64,000 nucleotides of DNA from Thermodesulfobacteriota bacterium (GTDB taxonomy: Bacteria > Desulfobacterota_D > UBA1144 > Nemesobacterales > UBA2774), in assembly GCA_965216785.1 (NCBI GenBank), contig OZ244197.1, positions 1,824,001-1,888,000 of the forward strand, read 5' to 3'. Position numbers and translations under genes: made by a program. Shown in pieces: positions 29,991 to 39,676 of this stretch (the stretch's first letter is position 1; every line of letters begins with the position of its first letter). The notes below the pieces were generated by a model that was not told where the DNA came from, made no database searches, and saw nothing but the letters and a program-made list of their open reading frames with translations.

Positions 29991-30104
29991 AGCCGACCCC
30001 ACAGATTAAATGTTGCCCGTAATGTTTAGACGCAAAATTTTGTGACCCTGCAACAATTTATTTTGTGTGATCTCCCGATTTAGTAGGTGGCTTTGATCGT
30101 TAAC

Positions 30105-30133
30105 AGCCTATCATAAAATTATGCCAGGGTCAA
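30105..30133 (-). promoter_or_regulatory. Putative sigma-70 promoter for carD
   Basis: Minus strand TTGACC-17bp-TAGGCT. Confidence 0.55.
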
Positions 30134-30404
30134 ATGAAAATTGAGGTCCGTGACGCTGTGGTATAAATACTAGAGGACAAAAAATTTCCCGAAATCTCAG
30201 TATTTTAGGCGCGTCATATAAAATTTCTGTGAACCGGGCAAAAATTATATATATGCAGTATAGCAATAATATATAAAATATTATTTTGTCCTGCTAATAT
30301 GTTGCAGATTCATACTTTATTTATATTATTACAGCTCAGGGTCTTGAAATTGCCCCGATTGTTATATACGCTTCTATGCTTTTCAAAACCCAGGCCATAA
30401 GCAA

Positions 30405-31982
30405 TTGAACTCGGAGGTAGTACTTACGTTGCCAAAGTTAACACAAAGTGAGCTGGCTCAACAGCACGGAATTGAAGACCCAAAGAATATTTATTACAAC
30501 CTGTCCATACCTGAGCTTTATGAGGAGATGATAAGGCGCGGCGAAGGCCAGATAGGCGAGGGCGGCACTGTGGTAGCCTATACGGGCGTGCATACCGGGC
30601 GCTCACCGGCGGACCGCTTTATTGTTGAGGAGAGCGGTACGAAAGCGGATATTCACTGGGGAGCCATAAATAAGCCTATCAGTTCTGAGAGCTTCGACAG
30701 ACTTCATAAAAAAATTCTTGACTACTACAAAGGTAAAGACCTATTCGTAAGAGACCTCTACGTGTGCGCGCACCCCGACTACCGTAAAAAAGTGAGGGTG
30801 ATAAATGAGTACGCTTGGCATAATATTTTCGTAAATAACCTATTCATAAGACCTGACGAGAAAGACCTCCCACACGACTCTGTAGGGTTTACAGTTCTTA
30901 GCGCGCCGGGTGTGAAGGCCGACCCTGAAACCGACGGCACACGCTCTGAAACATTTATTATCCTGAACTTTGAAAAACGCATGGCTATAATAGGCGGCAC
31001 AGAGTATGCGGGCGAGATGAAAAAGTCCGTTTTCTCAGCGCTTAACTTCCTGCTCCCGAAATCAAACGTATTTCCGATGCACTGCTCGGCTAACGTAGGT
31101 AGTGACGATGACGTAGCTCTCTTTTTTGGTCTATCCGGTACAGGAAAGACCACCTTGTCCGCAGATCCGAACAGGCCCCTCATCGGTGATGACGAGCACG
31201 GCTGGTTTGACGGAGGGGTGTTTAATTTCGAGGGGGGCTGCTACGCAAAGGCAATCAAGCTCAACCCTGAAACAGAGCCCGAGATTTACAACGCGTCCCT
31301 TCAGTTCGGTACAGTGCTCGAGAACGTTACGATGGACCCTGACACAAGAAAGATAGATTTTGACAGTGACGAGCATACTGAAAACACGAGAGTCGCATAC
31401 CAGATAGATGCTCTAGACTGCATAGTTCCAGATGGTGTGGGCAGTACTCCGAAGACAATATTTATGCTCACTTATGACGCGTTCGGAGTGCTTCCTCCGA
31501 TATCCAAGCTTACGCCTGAGCAGGCTATGTACTTCTTTACCCTGGGCTACACGGCAAAGGTCGCGGGCACGGAGCGCGGAGTTGACGAGCCGCAGGCTAC
31601 TTTCAGCTCGTGTTTCGGATCGCCTTTTATGCCGAGACCTCCTCTATTTTATGCTGAGATGCTTAAGGACAAGCTGGAGTCCTCGGGCGCCACAGTTTGG
31701 CTCCTTAATACGGGAATTACCGGCGGCCCTTACGGTATCGGAAAGCGTATGCCGCTTCCACAGACAAGGGCGCTTGTAACGGCGGCTGTTGACGGCTCGC
31801 TCACAAGCGGATCGTTCGAGGATGTGCCGGTATTCGGACTTAGTGTTCCTAGCTCATGCCCGGGAGTTGACGATAAGCTCCTTCAGCCCAAGAAAAGCTG
31901 GTCGGATCCTGCGGAATACGATGCCAAAGCAAATGAGCTTCAAGCACGCTTCGAAGAGGAATTCGCCAAGCACAAGAGCTAA
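30405..31982 (+). CDS. pckA: ATP-dependent phosphoenolpyruvate carboxykinase (start may be TTG 30429)
   Basis: TGRSP, YAGEMKK, MHCSAN, GLSGTGKTT, IGDDEHGW, EGGCYAK. Confidence 0.97.
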   Translation: MNSEVVLTLPKLTQSELAQQHGIEDPKNIYYNLSIPELYEEMIRRGEGQIGEGGTVVAYTGVHTGRSPADRFIVEESGTKADIHWGAINKPISSESFDRLHKKILDYYKGKDLFVRDLYVCAHPDYRKKVRVINEYAWHNIFVNNLFIRPDEKDLPHDSVGFTVLSAPGVKADPETDGTRSETFIILNFEKRMAIIGGTEYAGEMKKSVFSALNFLLPKSNVFPMHCSANVGSDDDVALFFGLSGTGKTTLSADPNRPLIGDDEHGWFDGGVFNFEGGCYAKAIKLNPETEPEIYNASLQFGTVLENVTMDPDTRKIDFDSDEHTENTRVAYQIDALDCIVPDGVGSTPKTIFMLTYDAFGVLPPISKLTPEQAMYFFTLGYTAKVAGTERGVDEPQATFSSCFGSPFMPRPPLFYAEMLKDKLESSGATVWLLNTGITGGPYGIGKRMPLPQTRALVTAAVDGSLTSGSFEDVPVFGLSVPSSCPGVDDKLLQPKKSWSDPAEYDAKANELQARFEEEFAKHKS

Positions 31983-32105
31983 TAGTAAGCATTCTACTCA
32001 TATAAAAATCGTCATTTCCGTACATGCCCCTTAATTTATACGGTTCTGGTTGTGGAACTACGTCCTTTTGATCATTCGCGTCCCGCGTTTACGGAGGTGC
32101 TGTGC

Positions 32106-32130
32106 AAGGGCGGATTGCCGCTCTTTTCTT
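32106..32130 (+). terminator. Possible intrinsic terminator downstream of pckA
   Basis: AAGGGCGG-ATTG-CCGCTCTT hairpin followed by TTCTT. Confidence 0.4.
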
Positions 32131-32344
32131 ACCGCAGCCCAGCCTCGCGCGAATCCTGGTCATTATGAGCGTGGTTCAGTATCTCATTTTTTATCTTTTA
32201 ACCTTTTCCTTAACGTAGTAAGATAGTATTTCGCATGTTGCTCATATACATGAGGGATAAGTATGGAGCTACATCCCGGCTCTTCCGGAAAAACAGATAC
32301 GGGTATGCTAGTAACATTGATATAACTAAGAAAGGAGACTTAAT

Positions 32345-32899
32345 ATGGAATTTATAAAGAAGGAAGATACATCGTTTGTAGTCGTAGACGTGCAGGAAAG
32401 ACTGATGGGCGCTATGCCGGAGGGCATTACCGAGACGAACCTTAAAAATATGAAAATCCTGTTGGAAGCCGCTAATGTTCTCGGTATTCCCGTAACAGTG
32501 ACCGAGCAGTACCCAAAGGGACTTGGGCCTACTATTGAAGATATCAAGGAATCGGTGGGTGAGGGGTTTGAGCCTATAGAAAAAGTGGTGTTCAGCTGCG
32601 CCCGCGAGCCCGAGTTTGAGTCAGCGCTTAAGGATATAGACCGAGGCTCTGTGCTCCTTTGCGGGGTTGAGACCCACGTATGCGTGCTCCAGACGGCGAT
32701 TGATCTTATTAATCGCGGATATAACGTTTACGTCCCCGCGGATGCAGTGATCTCGCGCCGTGAGCTGGACTGGGAAAAGGGTATGGAGCTCATCGAAAAG
32801 GCGGGGGCCACAGTCGGCACCACAGAAGCCTTTCTTTTCCAGCTCCTTGAGCGCGCCGGAACGGATGAATTCAAGCAGATCTCCAAACTCGTCCGCTAG
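32345..32899 (+). CDS. Isochorismatase-like cysteine hydrolase (YcaC/ISOC family)
   Basis: VDVQERL, TEQYPKGLG, K..FSC, ETHVCV. Confidence 0.9.
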   Translation: MEFIKKEDTSFVVVDVQERLMGAMPEGITETNLKNMKILLEAANVLGIPVTVTEQYPKGLGPTIEDIKESVGEGFEPIEKVVFSCAREPEFESALKDIDRGSVLLCGVETHVCVLQTAIDLINRGYNVYVPADAVISRRELDWEKGMELIEKAGATVGTTEAFLFQLLERAGTDEFKQISKLVR

Positions 32900-32984
32900 C
32901 TTACAAGTATTGGTCTCGAACATTTCTAAATTTAGAAAGGGAATAAGCTCTATTTTTCCGTCACGTTCTCCGTGCCGGGTTTAG

Positions 32985-33062
32985 TGGCGTCCCCAAGGGG
33001 ATTTGAACCCCTGTTTTCGGCGTGAAAGGCCGATGTCCTGGGCCAGGCTAGACGATGGGGAC
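32985..33062 (-). tRNA. tRNA-Glu(TTC)
   Basis: GTCCCCA...TCGGC CTTTCAC GCCGA...GGTTCAAATCC...TGGGGACGCCA; full cloverleaf with encoded CCA. Confidence 0.96.
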
Positions 33063-33073
33063 ATGTAATGGAT

Positions 33074-33146
33074 TGAGCCGTGCAGGATTCGAACCTGCGG
33101 CCCACTGCTTAAAAGGCAGTTGCTCTACCAACTGAGCTAACGGCTC
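33074..33146 (-). tRNA. tRNA-Lys(TTT), CCA not encoded
   Basis: GAGCCGT TAGCTCAG...ACTGC CTTTTAA GCAGT...GGTTCGAATCC...ACGGCTCA. Confidence 0.96.
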
Positions 33147-33161
33147 AATGATAAGGGGTAC

Positions 33162-33189
33162 AATATATCATGACAATATACATTGTCAA
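33162..33189 (-). promoter_or_regulatory. Promoter of the tRNA-Lys/Glu pair with overlapping inverted repeat
   Basis: Minus strand TTGACA-16bp-TATATT; TGACAAT-ATAC-ATTGTCA at 33171-33188. Confidence 0.55.
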
Positions 33190-33273
33190 AAATTCTGTGT
33201 ACTATTTTTTCGGCCTGCTAATTACCCTGCTTTCTTAGTTTAAGGCCGTGTAATAATAATTCAAGACCAAGCT

Positions 33274-34431
33274 ATGAGTTCCCGAGTAAAATCCAACGAG
33301 ATTCGCAACGTAGCCCTGGCAACGGCGGCGAATTTTTTCTTTTTCTGTAATTTTTCCGCGTTCTTTTTACTCCCTATTCACATCCAAGAGCTCGGGGGCA
33401 CAGAGGCCGACGTCGGGTTTATTATGGGCTCTTTCGGAATTACTTCACTCGGCACAATACCATTTGTCGCCTACCTCGTAGACCGCTACGGAAGGAGAAA
33501 GTTCATGCTCCTTGGTTACAGCGTAATGTTTGCGGCCTCGCTTCTATACCTCACGGTAAGCGATCTCTCGGCGTACATATATCTGATACGCTTTATACAG
33601 GGGGTGTCGTTCGCATTCTCGTTCACGGCTGCGGGCACTTTTGTGGCAGACTACCTGCCGCCCGCGAAAAGGGCTCAGTGGCTTGGGATATTCAGCGCGT
33701 TTACAATCGCGGCCTATGCCATAGGCCCCTCGCTCGGAGAGTTCGTGATCGGCAGATTCGGTTTCGATACGTTCTTTATTTACGCTTCTGTATTCAGCTT
33801 ATTAGCATTCGTATTGGCTCTTTTTATGCGCGACGGTCATTACATTACCGCCAGAGACCCTTACGGGTTCGGCTTCTTCCGTCTTATAGCCTCAAAGAGG
33901 TTCTCGCTCATACTTGTTTCGAACCTGATACTCGCGGGAGGGCTGGGAGCGATACTGAATTTCGTTGCCGTATACCTTCGCTCAAAAGAGCTCCACGCGT
34001 TCTATTTTTTCCTGACATATACCGTGACGGTCACTGCGGTGCGGATATTCGGCGGCAGGTTCTCAGACGCCTGGGGCAGAAAGGCTGTGGCCTCACCGGG
34101 GCTGCTCGTGGTCTCTATCTCGCTTGCGGCTATGTATTTGATTGACTCTCCCGTGAGCGCTGTGCTGGTGGCGTTTGTATTCAGCTTTGGCTACGGGTTC
34201 CTGTACCCCACGCTGAGCGCGCTGGTGATAGATAAGGCCGGAGAGGATGAAAGGGGTAAGGCCATGGGCGCGTTTAACGCCTCTTACAGTATGGGGATTA
34301 ACTTTCTGGCCTTCCCGTTTGGCATAATCGCAAGGGACTGGGGATATGAAACCATGTACGTCGTCACGGGCGCCACGGTATTCATCGGTTTTTTAATCTT
34401 CACCATATTCGAGAAGGGCCGAGACTCTTGA
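33274..34431 (+). CDS. MFS transporter
   Basis: About 12 TM; motif A variants LVDRYGRRK and GRFSDAWGRK. Confidence 0.9.
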   Translation: MSSRVKSNEIRNVALATAANFFFFCNFSAFFLLPIHIQELGGTEADVGFIMGSFGITSLGTIPFVAYLVDRYGRRKFMLLGYSVMFAASLLYLTVSDLSAYIYLIRFIQGVSFAFSFTAAGTFVADYLPPAKRAQWLGIFSAFTIAAYAIGPSLGEFVIGRFGFDTFFIYASVFSLLAFVLALFMRDGHYITARDPYGFGFFRLIASKRFSLILVSNLILAGGLGAILNFVAVYLRSKELHAFYFFLTYTVTVTAVRIFGGRFSDAWGRKAVASPGLLVVSISLAAMYLIDSPVSAVLVAFVFSFGYGFLYPTLSALVIDKAGEDERGKAMGAFNASYSMGINFLAFPFGIIARDWGYETMYVVTGATVFIGFLIFTIFEKGRDS

Positions 34432-34471
34432 ATGAGACCAAGATTCTTGAATCAAACTGAGATTCTTGAAT
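34422..34471. repeat. Three direct repeats AGAYTCTTGAAT at 19-bp period
   Basis: Copies at 34422, 34441, 34460. Confidence 0.7.
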
Positions 34472-34526
34472 ATTTTTCAGTTATTAATTAGTCTAGCGGA
34501 ATAACAAATCAGAGGATAAAAAATAT

Positions 34527-35327
34527 ATGAAAGTTAAAGAAGGAGACCACGTGCTCATCGTGTCTCCAGACGAGAAAACCTACTTGGTAAAGGTGCATAG
34601 CGGCAAGGGCATGGGCACTCATCTTGGAGAGGTAAGTCTGGGTGACGCCATAGGGATTGAGTACGGAGAGAGGATATATTCTAACCTCAAGCACGCCTTC
34701 CTAGTGCTCGAGCCAACGCTTGAGGACAGGATGATGAAGATCAGAAGGCGCACTCAGATCATATACCCCAAGGACGCGGGGTTGATACTCCTTAAATGCG
34801 GCGTAAAAACCGGTATGAGGGTAGTCGAGTGCGGGACGGGCTCGGGGGCGCTCACTATGGCGCTTGCTAACGCGGTTGCGCCTACAGGGAAGGTATATAC
34901 GTATGACCGCAGAGAAGAGTTCTCGGAAAACGCGCGCCAGAACATCGAGAACGCGGGGTATGCGGAATATGTGGAGTTTAAGCACGGGGAGGCCCAGGCG
35001 GGTTTTGACGAGGAGGATGTGGATGTAGCTATTATTGATCTGCCCTCACCTTGGGACGGTATACCGGCAGCCGTGAAGGCGCTAAGGGGAGGGGGGAGGA
35101 TAGCGAGCCTGTCTCCGACATACAACCAGGTTGAGAGGTGCGTTGAGAGGCTCGAGCAGGAAGGATTCGTGCTCATAGAAACTCTCGAAGTGCTTGTTAG
35201 ATCTATCAGGGTTGCCAGAGGCAAAACGAGGCCCGTTGACCGGATGGTGGGCCACACGGGGTTTCTTACTTTCGGCACGAAAGCCCTTCCCGAAGACCCG
35301 GCCCGTGAGCCCGAGCCCGAAAACTGA
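34527..35327 (+). CDS. trmI: tRNA (adenine-58-N1)-methyltransferase
   Basis: TQIIYPKD, ECGTGSGALT, DLPSPW, GHTGFL. Confidence 0.92.
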   Translation: MKVKEGDHVLIVSPDEKTYLVKVHSGKGMGTHLGEVSLGDAIGIEYGERIYSNLKHAFLVLEPTLEDRMMKIRRRTQIIYPKDAGLILLKCGVKTGMRVVECGTGSGALTMALANAVAPTGKVYTYDRREEFSENARQNIENAGYAEYVEFKHGEAQAGFDEEDVDVAIIDLPSPWDGIPAAVKALRGGGRIASLSPTYNQVERCVERLEQEGFVLIETLEVLVRSIRVARGKTRPVDRMVGHTGFLTFGTKALPEDPAREPEPEN

Positions 35328-35376
35328 TTATGCTAAACTTTTTTACTACACAAGTACGATTTAGAGGCCTCATAAT

Positions 35377-36186
35377 ATGAAGGGCAGGAAAGACCCCCGA
35401 TTAGTCCTTATTTTCATCTTAATAGCGGCCGCTCTGTATTTTTTCTATTCTGAAGATAGAAAAAGCCCTGAAACCAGGGAGTACCGGGTAGTAGAGGTAC
35501 TCGACGGCGACACGGTCGTGATTGACGACGCGCGCGGGTCTTCTGTCAGATACCTGGGCATAGATACGCCCGAGGTGCCGCATGAGGACGCTCCCGGCGA
35601 GCCTATGGCCGAGGTGGCCAGGGAATACAATGAGGAGCTCGTCGGAGATAAGTATATTAAGCTTGAATTCGATGAGGAGAAGTACGACGTGTACGGCAGG
35701 ATGCTCGCGCACGTCTACGTAGACGGGGTGTTCGTTAACCTTGAGCTCCTAAGAAAAGGTCTGGCAACGGACATGATCATCGAGCCCAATACCAAGCACT
35801 CGGACTCCATACACGAGGCCCTAAACGAAGCCAAAAAGCACCGGCGCGGCATCTGGGGCGATCTGCGCGCCATGAAAGAGCCTTCGGGAAACGGGAAGTA
35901 TGTGATTGATATATCAAAGGCATCTCTTTACGCCGGCAAGAGAGTTGTTGTCGAAGGAGAAATTACAAATACTCGAAAAACGGGCAAATTGATAGCCCTT
36001 AAAATGGGTGAGGAGCTGGATGTAAAGATATACGAGTCCGACTGGCCTAATTTCTCATATTTCGGGATCGCGCCTGAGTCTTATTACAAAGGCAAACACC
36101 TCAGAGTGACCGGGCGTTTAAGGGTTTACCATGGTACGCCGGGGATAGTCGTCGGGCATCCTATAGCTATAAGGGAGCTTGAATGA
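35377..36186 (+). CDS. Membrane-anchored thermonuclease (SNase) with C-terminal OB-like domain
   Basis: DGDT, RYLGIDTPE, DVYGRMLA, RGIW. Confidence 0.88.
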   Translation: MKGRKDPRLVLIFILIAAALYFFYSEDRKSPETREYRVVEVLDGDTVVIDDARGSSVRYLGIDTPEVPHEDAPGEPMAEVAREYNEELVGDKYIKLEFDEEKYDVYGRMLAHVYVDGVFVNLELLRKGLATDMIIEPNTKHSDSIHEALNEAKKHRRGIWGDLRAMKEPSGNGKYVIDISKASLYAGKRVVVEGEITNTRKTGKLIALKMGEELDVKIYESDWPNFSYFGIAPESYYKGKHLRVTGRLRVYHGTPGIVVGHPIAIRELE

Positions 36187-36830
36187 GCGTGCGGGATATA
36201 CTTGCAGAGGGCGCGCGGGAGCTTGGAATTGATTTAACCGATACAGAGCTCTCGCTATTTATGCTATATCTTGATCAGCTTAAGCTCTGGAGCGCTAAAA
36301 TTAATCTCACTGCGGTTAAAACCGATAGGGATATTGTTATAAAACACTTCATAGATTCGATTGTCCCTGCTGAGTATATTGAAGAGAACGCGGCTCTCTT
36401 GGACATAGGCTCGGGCGGGGGCTTTCCAGGAGTGCCACTAAAGATAGTTCGTCCCGATCTACAAGTGACTCTGCTTGAGTCCTCGGGTAAAAAGGTTTCA
36501 TTTTTAAAGGACCTCATCAGAAAGCTCGGACTGTCCGGACTGAACGCTTTAGCCGCCAGAGCTGAGGATGCTCAGAATGCAGTCCCCAGACACAGCTTTG
36601 ACTGCGTGATCACAAGGGCCGTGGGCAGCGTTCCGTACGTGCTCGAGCTAAGCCTCCCTTATGTAAAGAAAGAGGGAATGATTGTACTGATGAGGGGGAG
36701 AACGGGGGCGGAAGACTTTGAGGGGTCTGAACTTGAGGGAAAACTGGAATTAATGGAAGATAGAAGGATGACACTTCCTTACGACAGCATGGAGCGAAGA
36801 CTTCTTATATTTAAACCGGAAGTTAGTTAG
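36183..36830 (+). CDS. rsmG: 16S rRNA m7G527 methyltransferase
   Basis: INLTA, HFIDS, DIGSGGGFPG, TRAV. Confidence 0.94.
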   Translation: MSVRDILAEGARELGIDLTDTELSLFMLYLDQLKLWSAKINLTAVKTDRDIVIKHFIDSIVPAEYIEENAALLDIGSGGGFPGVPLKIVRPDLQVTLLESSGKKVSFLKDLIRKLGLSGLNALAARAEDAQNAVPRHSFDCVITRAVGSVPYVLELSLPYVKKEGMIVLMRGRTGAEDFEGSELEGKLELMEDRRMTLPYDSMERRLLIFKPEVS

Positions 36831-36865
36831 TATAGTCCCGAGAGCGTGAATAATCTGGAGGAACG

Positions 36866-37825
36866 ATGGTTTTATTTCTTAACGAAGAAGATGTGAAGAG
36901 CATCCTTACCATGGCGGATGCCGTGAAAGTGCTGGAAGAGATGTTCAGGCAGCAGGGTCTGGGCAATATTATAAATAACCCCCGCCAAAGAGTAAGAACA
37001 AAAGACAGCATGCTCCACTACCTTGCCGGCGCGCTGCCGCACCTTGGGGTTATGGGCTATAAGGCCTATACGACTCACAAGGGCGGAATGAAGTTCAGAG
37101 TGTTTTTGCATGACATCGAGAGCGGCGAGCTTATGTCGATTATGGAAGGAAATTACATGGGTATGATACGCACCGGGGCTGTGAGCGGTGTGGCGACGAA
37201 GTACATGGCCAGGGAGGATACGCACCGCGTGGGCATATACGGGGCCGGATGGCAGGCTAGGGGTCAGCTGGCCGCAATGTGCGCTGTAAGGGATATTAAG
37301 GGAATAAAGGTTTTTAGCCGAAATAAAGAAAAGCGCCAGGAGTTCGCTAAATTTATGGAAGAGCTGCTGGAAGTAGAGGTTACTCCCGCCGTTACACCCG
37401 AGGACACCGCCGAAGACGCGGACTGCGTGATTACGGCTACGAGCGCGTTTGAGCCCGTGTTTACAAGCGACTGGTTAACGCCGGGAATGCACGTAAACGC
37501 CATAGGCGGTAATTTTCTCTTTAAAAGGGAGATAAGTGAAAATACGGTTAGGAGCGCGGGTAAAAAGGTCGTGGAATCGATTGAGCAGTGCATGATAGAG
37601 GCGGGTGAGTTTCTTCCTCTGATCGAAAAGGGCCGGATGAAGTGGAGCGATCTCATAGAGTTAGGCGACGTTGTAACGGGAAAAGTAAGCGGAAGAGATA
37701 CGGAAGAAGAGATAACCCTCTTTAAATCCGTAGGCGTTGCTGTTGAGGATATAGCGGTCGCCGCGCATATATATAATATCGCGAAAAAGGCCGGTATCGG
37801 CACATCGCTGGACATACCGTCTTGA
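36866..37825 (+). CDS. Ornithine cyclodeaminase / mu-crystallin family protein
   Basis: RTGAVS, GAGWQA, TLFKSVGVAVED. Confidence 0.9.
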   Translation: MVLFLNEEDVKSILTMADAVKVLEEMFRQQGLGNIINNPRQRVRTKDSMLHYLAGALPHLGVMGYKAYTTHKGGMKFRVFLHDIESGELMSIMEGNYMGMIRTGAVSGVATKYMAREDTHRVGIYGAGWQARGQLAAMCAVRDIKGIKVFSRNKEKRQEFAKFMEELLEVEVTPAVTPEDTAEDADCVITATSAFEPVFTSDWLTPGMHVNAIGGNFLFKREISENTVRSAGKKVVESIEQCMIEAGEFLPLIEKGRMKWSDLIELGDVVTGKVSGRDTEEEITLFKSVGVAVEDIAVAAHIYNIAKKAGIGTSLDIPS

Positions 37826-37918
37826 CCGCAAATAGTTTGAATGTTAGTGTACGTCTGCTCATTTGAATATGCCGTATGCTTCATAACCTGAATTGCTAAT
37901 AATAAAAGTGAGGACTAA

Positions 37919-38776
37919 ATGAAAACAGTCGGAATTATCGGTGGGAGCGGGCTCTACGAAATAGAGGGTTTGACAGATGTGGAGTCAGTCTCCGTCGAGA
38001 CGCCTTGGGGGAGTCCGTCGGACGAGCTTATTACAGGTACCCTGGGTGATGTGAAGATGGTTTTCCTGCCGCGTCACGGCAGGGGCCATGTGCTGATACC
38101 TTCTGAGATTAATTACCGGGCGAACATATTCGCCATGAAAAAGCTCGGAGTGCAGTGGATAATCGCGGTAAGCGCCGTCGGGAGCATGAAAGAGGAGATC
38201 TTCCCCGGCCATGTTGTGGTGCCATCTCAATATTTTGATCATACCAAGGGAAGAAAATCCACTTTCTTCGGCGAAGGGATCGCGGCGCACGTCTCGATTG
38301 CGGACCCCGTGTGCCCGGTGCTTTCCAAAGTGCTGGCGCAGGCTGCGCGCGACTCGGGGGCCACGGTGCACGAGGGGGGTACATACATATGTATGGAAGG
38401 TCCCCAGTTTTCCTCCCGCGCGGAGAGCAACATCTACCGCTCCTGGGGGGTGGACGTGATCGGTATGACCAATATGCCCGAGGCCAAGCTTGCGCGTGAA
38501 GCTGAGATTTGCTATGCTAGTCTAGCGCTTTCGACAGATTATGACTGCTGGCACGAGGGTCATGACGATGTCACGGTGGATGATTTGATCGAAACTCTTA
38601 CTCAAAATGTCGCGCTTTCGAAAACGGTCATTGAAAAGGCCGCGCCTAAGATTAATGCGTCCAGAGAATGCGTTTGCTCAAACGCCCTCCAGAACGCCAT
38701 TATCACATCAAGCGGCTCAATTACGGAAGATGTGAAACAGAGACTCGGAATACTGATAGAGAGGTATGTAAAATGA
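37919..38776 (+). CDS. mtnP: S-methyl-5'-thioadenosine phosphorylase
   Basis: GIIGGSG, RHGRGH, EGPQFS, GMT, TDYDCW. Confidence 0.93.
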   Translation: MKTVGIIGGSGLYEIEGLTDVESVSVETPWGSPSDELITGTLGDVKMVFLPRHGRGHVLIPSEINYRANIFAMKKLGVQWIIAVSAVGSMKEEIFPGHVVVPSQYFDHTKGRKSTFFGEGIAAHVSIADPVCPVLSKVLAQAARDSGATVHEGGTYICMEGPQFSSRAESNIYRSWGVDVIGMTNMPEAKLAREAEICYASLALSTDYDCWHEGHDDVTVDDLIETLTQNVALSKTVIEKAAPKINASRECVCSNALQNAIITSSGSITEDVKQRLGILIERYVK

Positions 38777-39675
38777 AGCTTTTAGTTGTCGGTTCAATGG
38801 CGCTCGATACCATAGAGACGCCTTTTGGCAAAGAAGAAGGAATTCTAGGAGGCTCGGCGTCTTTTTTCTCGCTGGCCGCTAATCTATTTACTGATGTGGG
38901 TATTGTTGCCGTGGTAGGGAACGATTTTCCGGAAGCGCACCTTAACCTGTTCCGCTCAAAGAATATAGAGCTTGAGGGCGTAAATAAAGTAGAAGGGGAG
39001 ACGTTTAAGTGGGAAGGCCGTTACGGCTATGACCTGGGTGATCCGGATACGCTGGGCACCTACCTTAACGTTTTTGAGAACTTTAACCCTGTAATCCCCG
39101 AAAGCTACCGTGACACTGACTATGTGTTCCTGGCCAACATAGACCCCGAGCTTCAGCTAAGCGTTCTGAAACAGGTTCGTGAGCCCAAGCTCGTCGCGTG
39201 CGATACGATGAACTACTGGATAGACAATAAGCCTGAAGAGCTTAAGGAAGTACTTAAGCACGTGGACATTCTGCTCATTAACGATTCAGAGACCAGAGCG
39301 CTTGCCGAAGAGCCCAGGATTACCAGGGCAGCGAGGGCCGTGCTGGATATGGGACCCAAGGTGCTGATTGTGAAGAGGGGCGAGTACGGAGCGCTGATGT
39401 TTTCCGATGAGGGAATATTCTGGGCCCCGAGCTACCCGCTTGAAGAAGTGATCGACCCGACAGGCGCGGGTGATACTTTTGCCGGTGGGTTTATGGGGTA
39501 CATCGCCGGGCACGGTATTACAGAGCCGACAGGGTTTAAAACCGCAGTGGTATACGGTAGTGTTATAGCATCATTTACTGTTGAGAATTTCAGCGTCAGG
39601 AGGCTTTCGTCACTTAGAGATGAAGAGATTGAGACCAGGTTCTCGGAGTTCCTGCGGCTTTCAAAGCTTGACTGA
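38773..39675 (+). CDS. PfkB-family carbohydrate/nucleoside kinase
   Basis: ATG 38773 overlapping the mtnP stop; GS.ALD, GGSA, DPTGAGD. Confidence 0.9.
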   Translation: MKLLVVGSMALDTIETPFGKEEGILGGSASFFSLAANLFTDVGIVAVVGNDFPEAHLNLFRSKNIELEGVNKVEGETFKWEGRYGYDLGDPDTLGTYLNVFENFNPVIPESYRDTDYVFLANIDPELQLSVLKQVREPKLVACDTMNYWIDNKPEELKEVLKHVDILLINDSETRALAEEPRITRAARAVLDMGPKVLIVKRGEYGALMFSDEGIFWAPSYPLEEVIDPTGAGDTFAGGFMGYIAGHGITEPTGFKTAVVYGSVIASFTVENFSVRRLSSLRDEEIETRFSEFLRLSKLD

Positions 39676-39676
39676 T

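Noticed and set aside
32030-32180. GC-rich patch after pckA as ncRNA or small ORF
   Set aside because: Only one convincing hairpin; the frames I checked close quickly; no recognisable family
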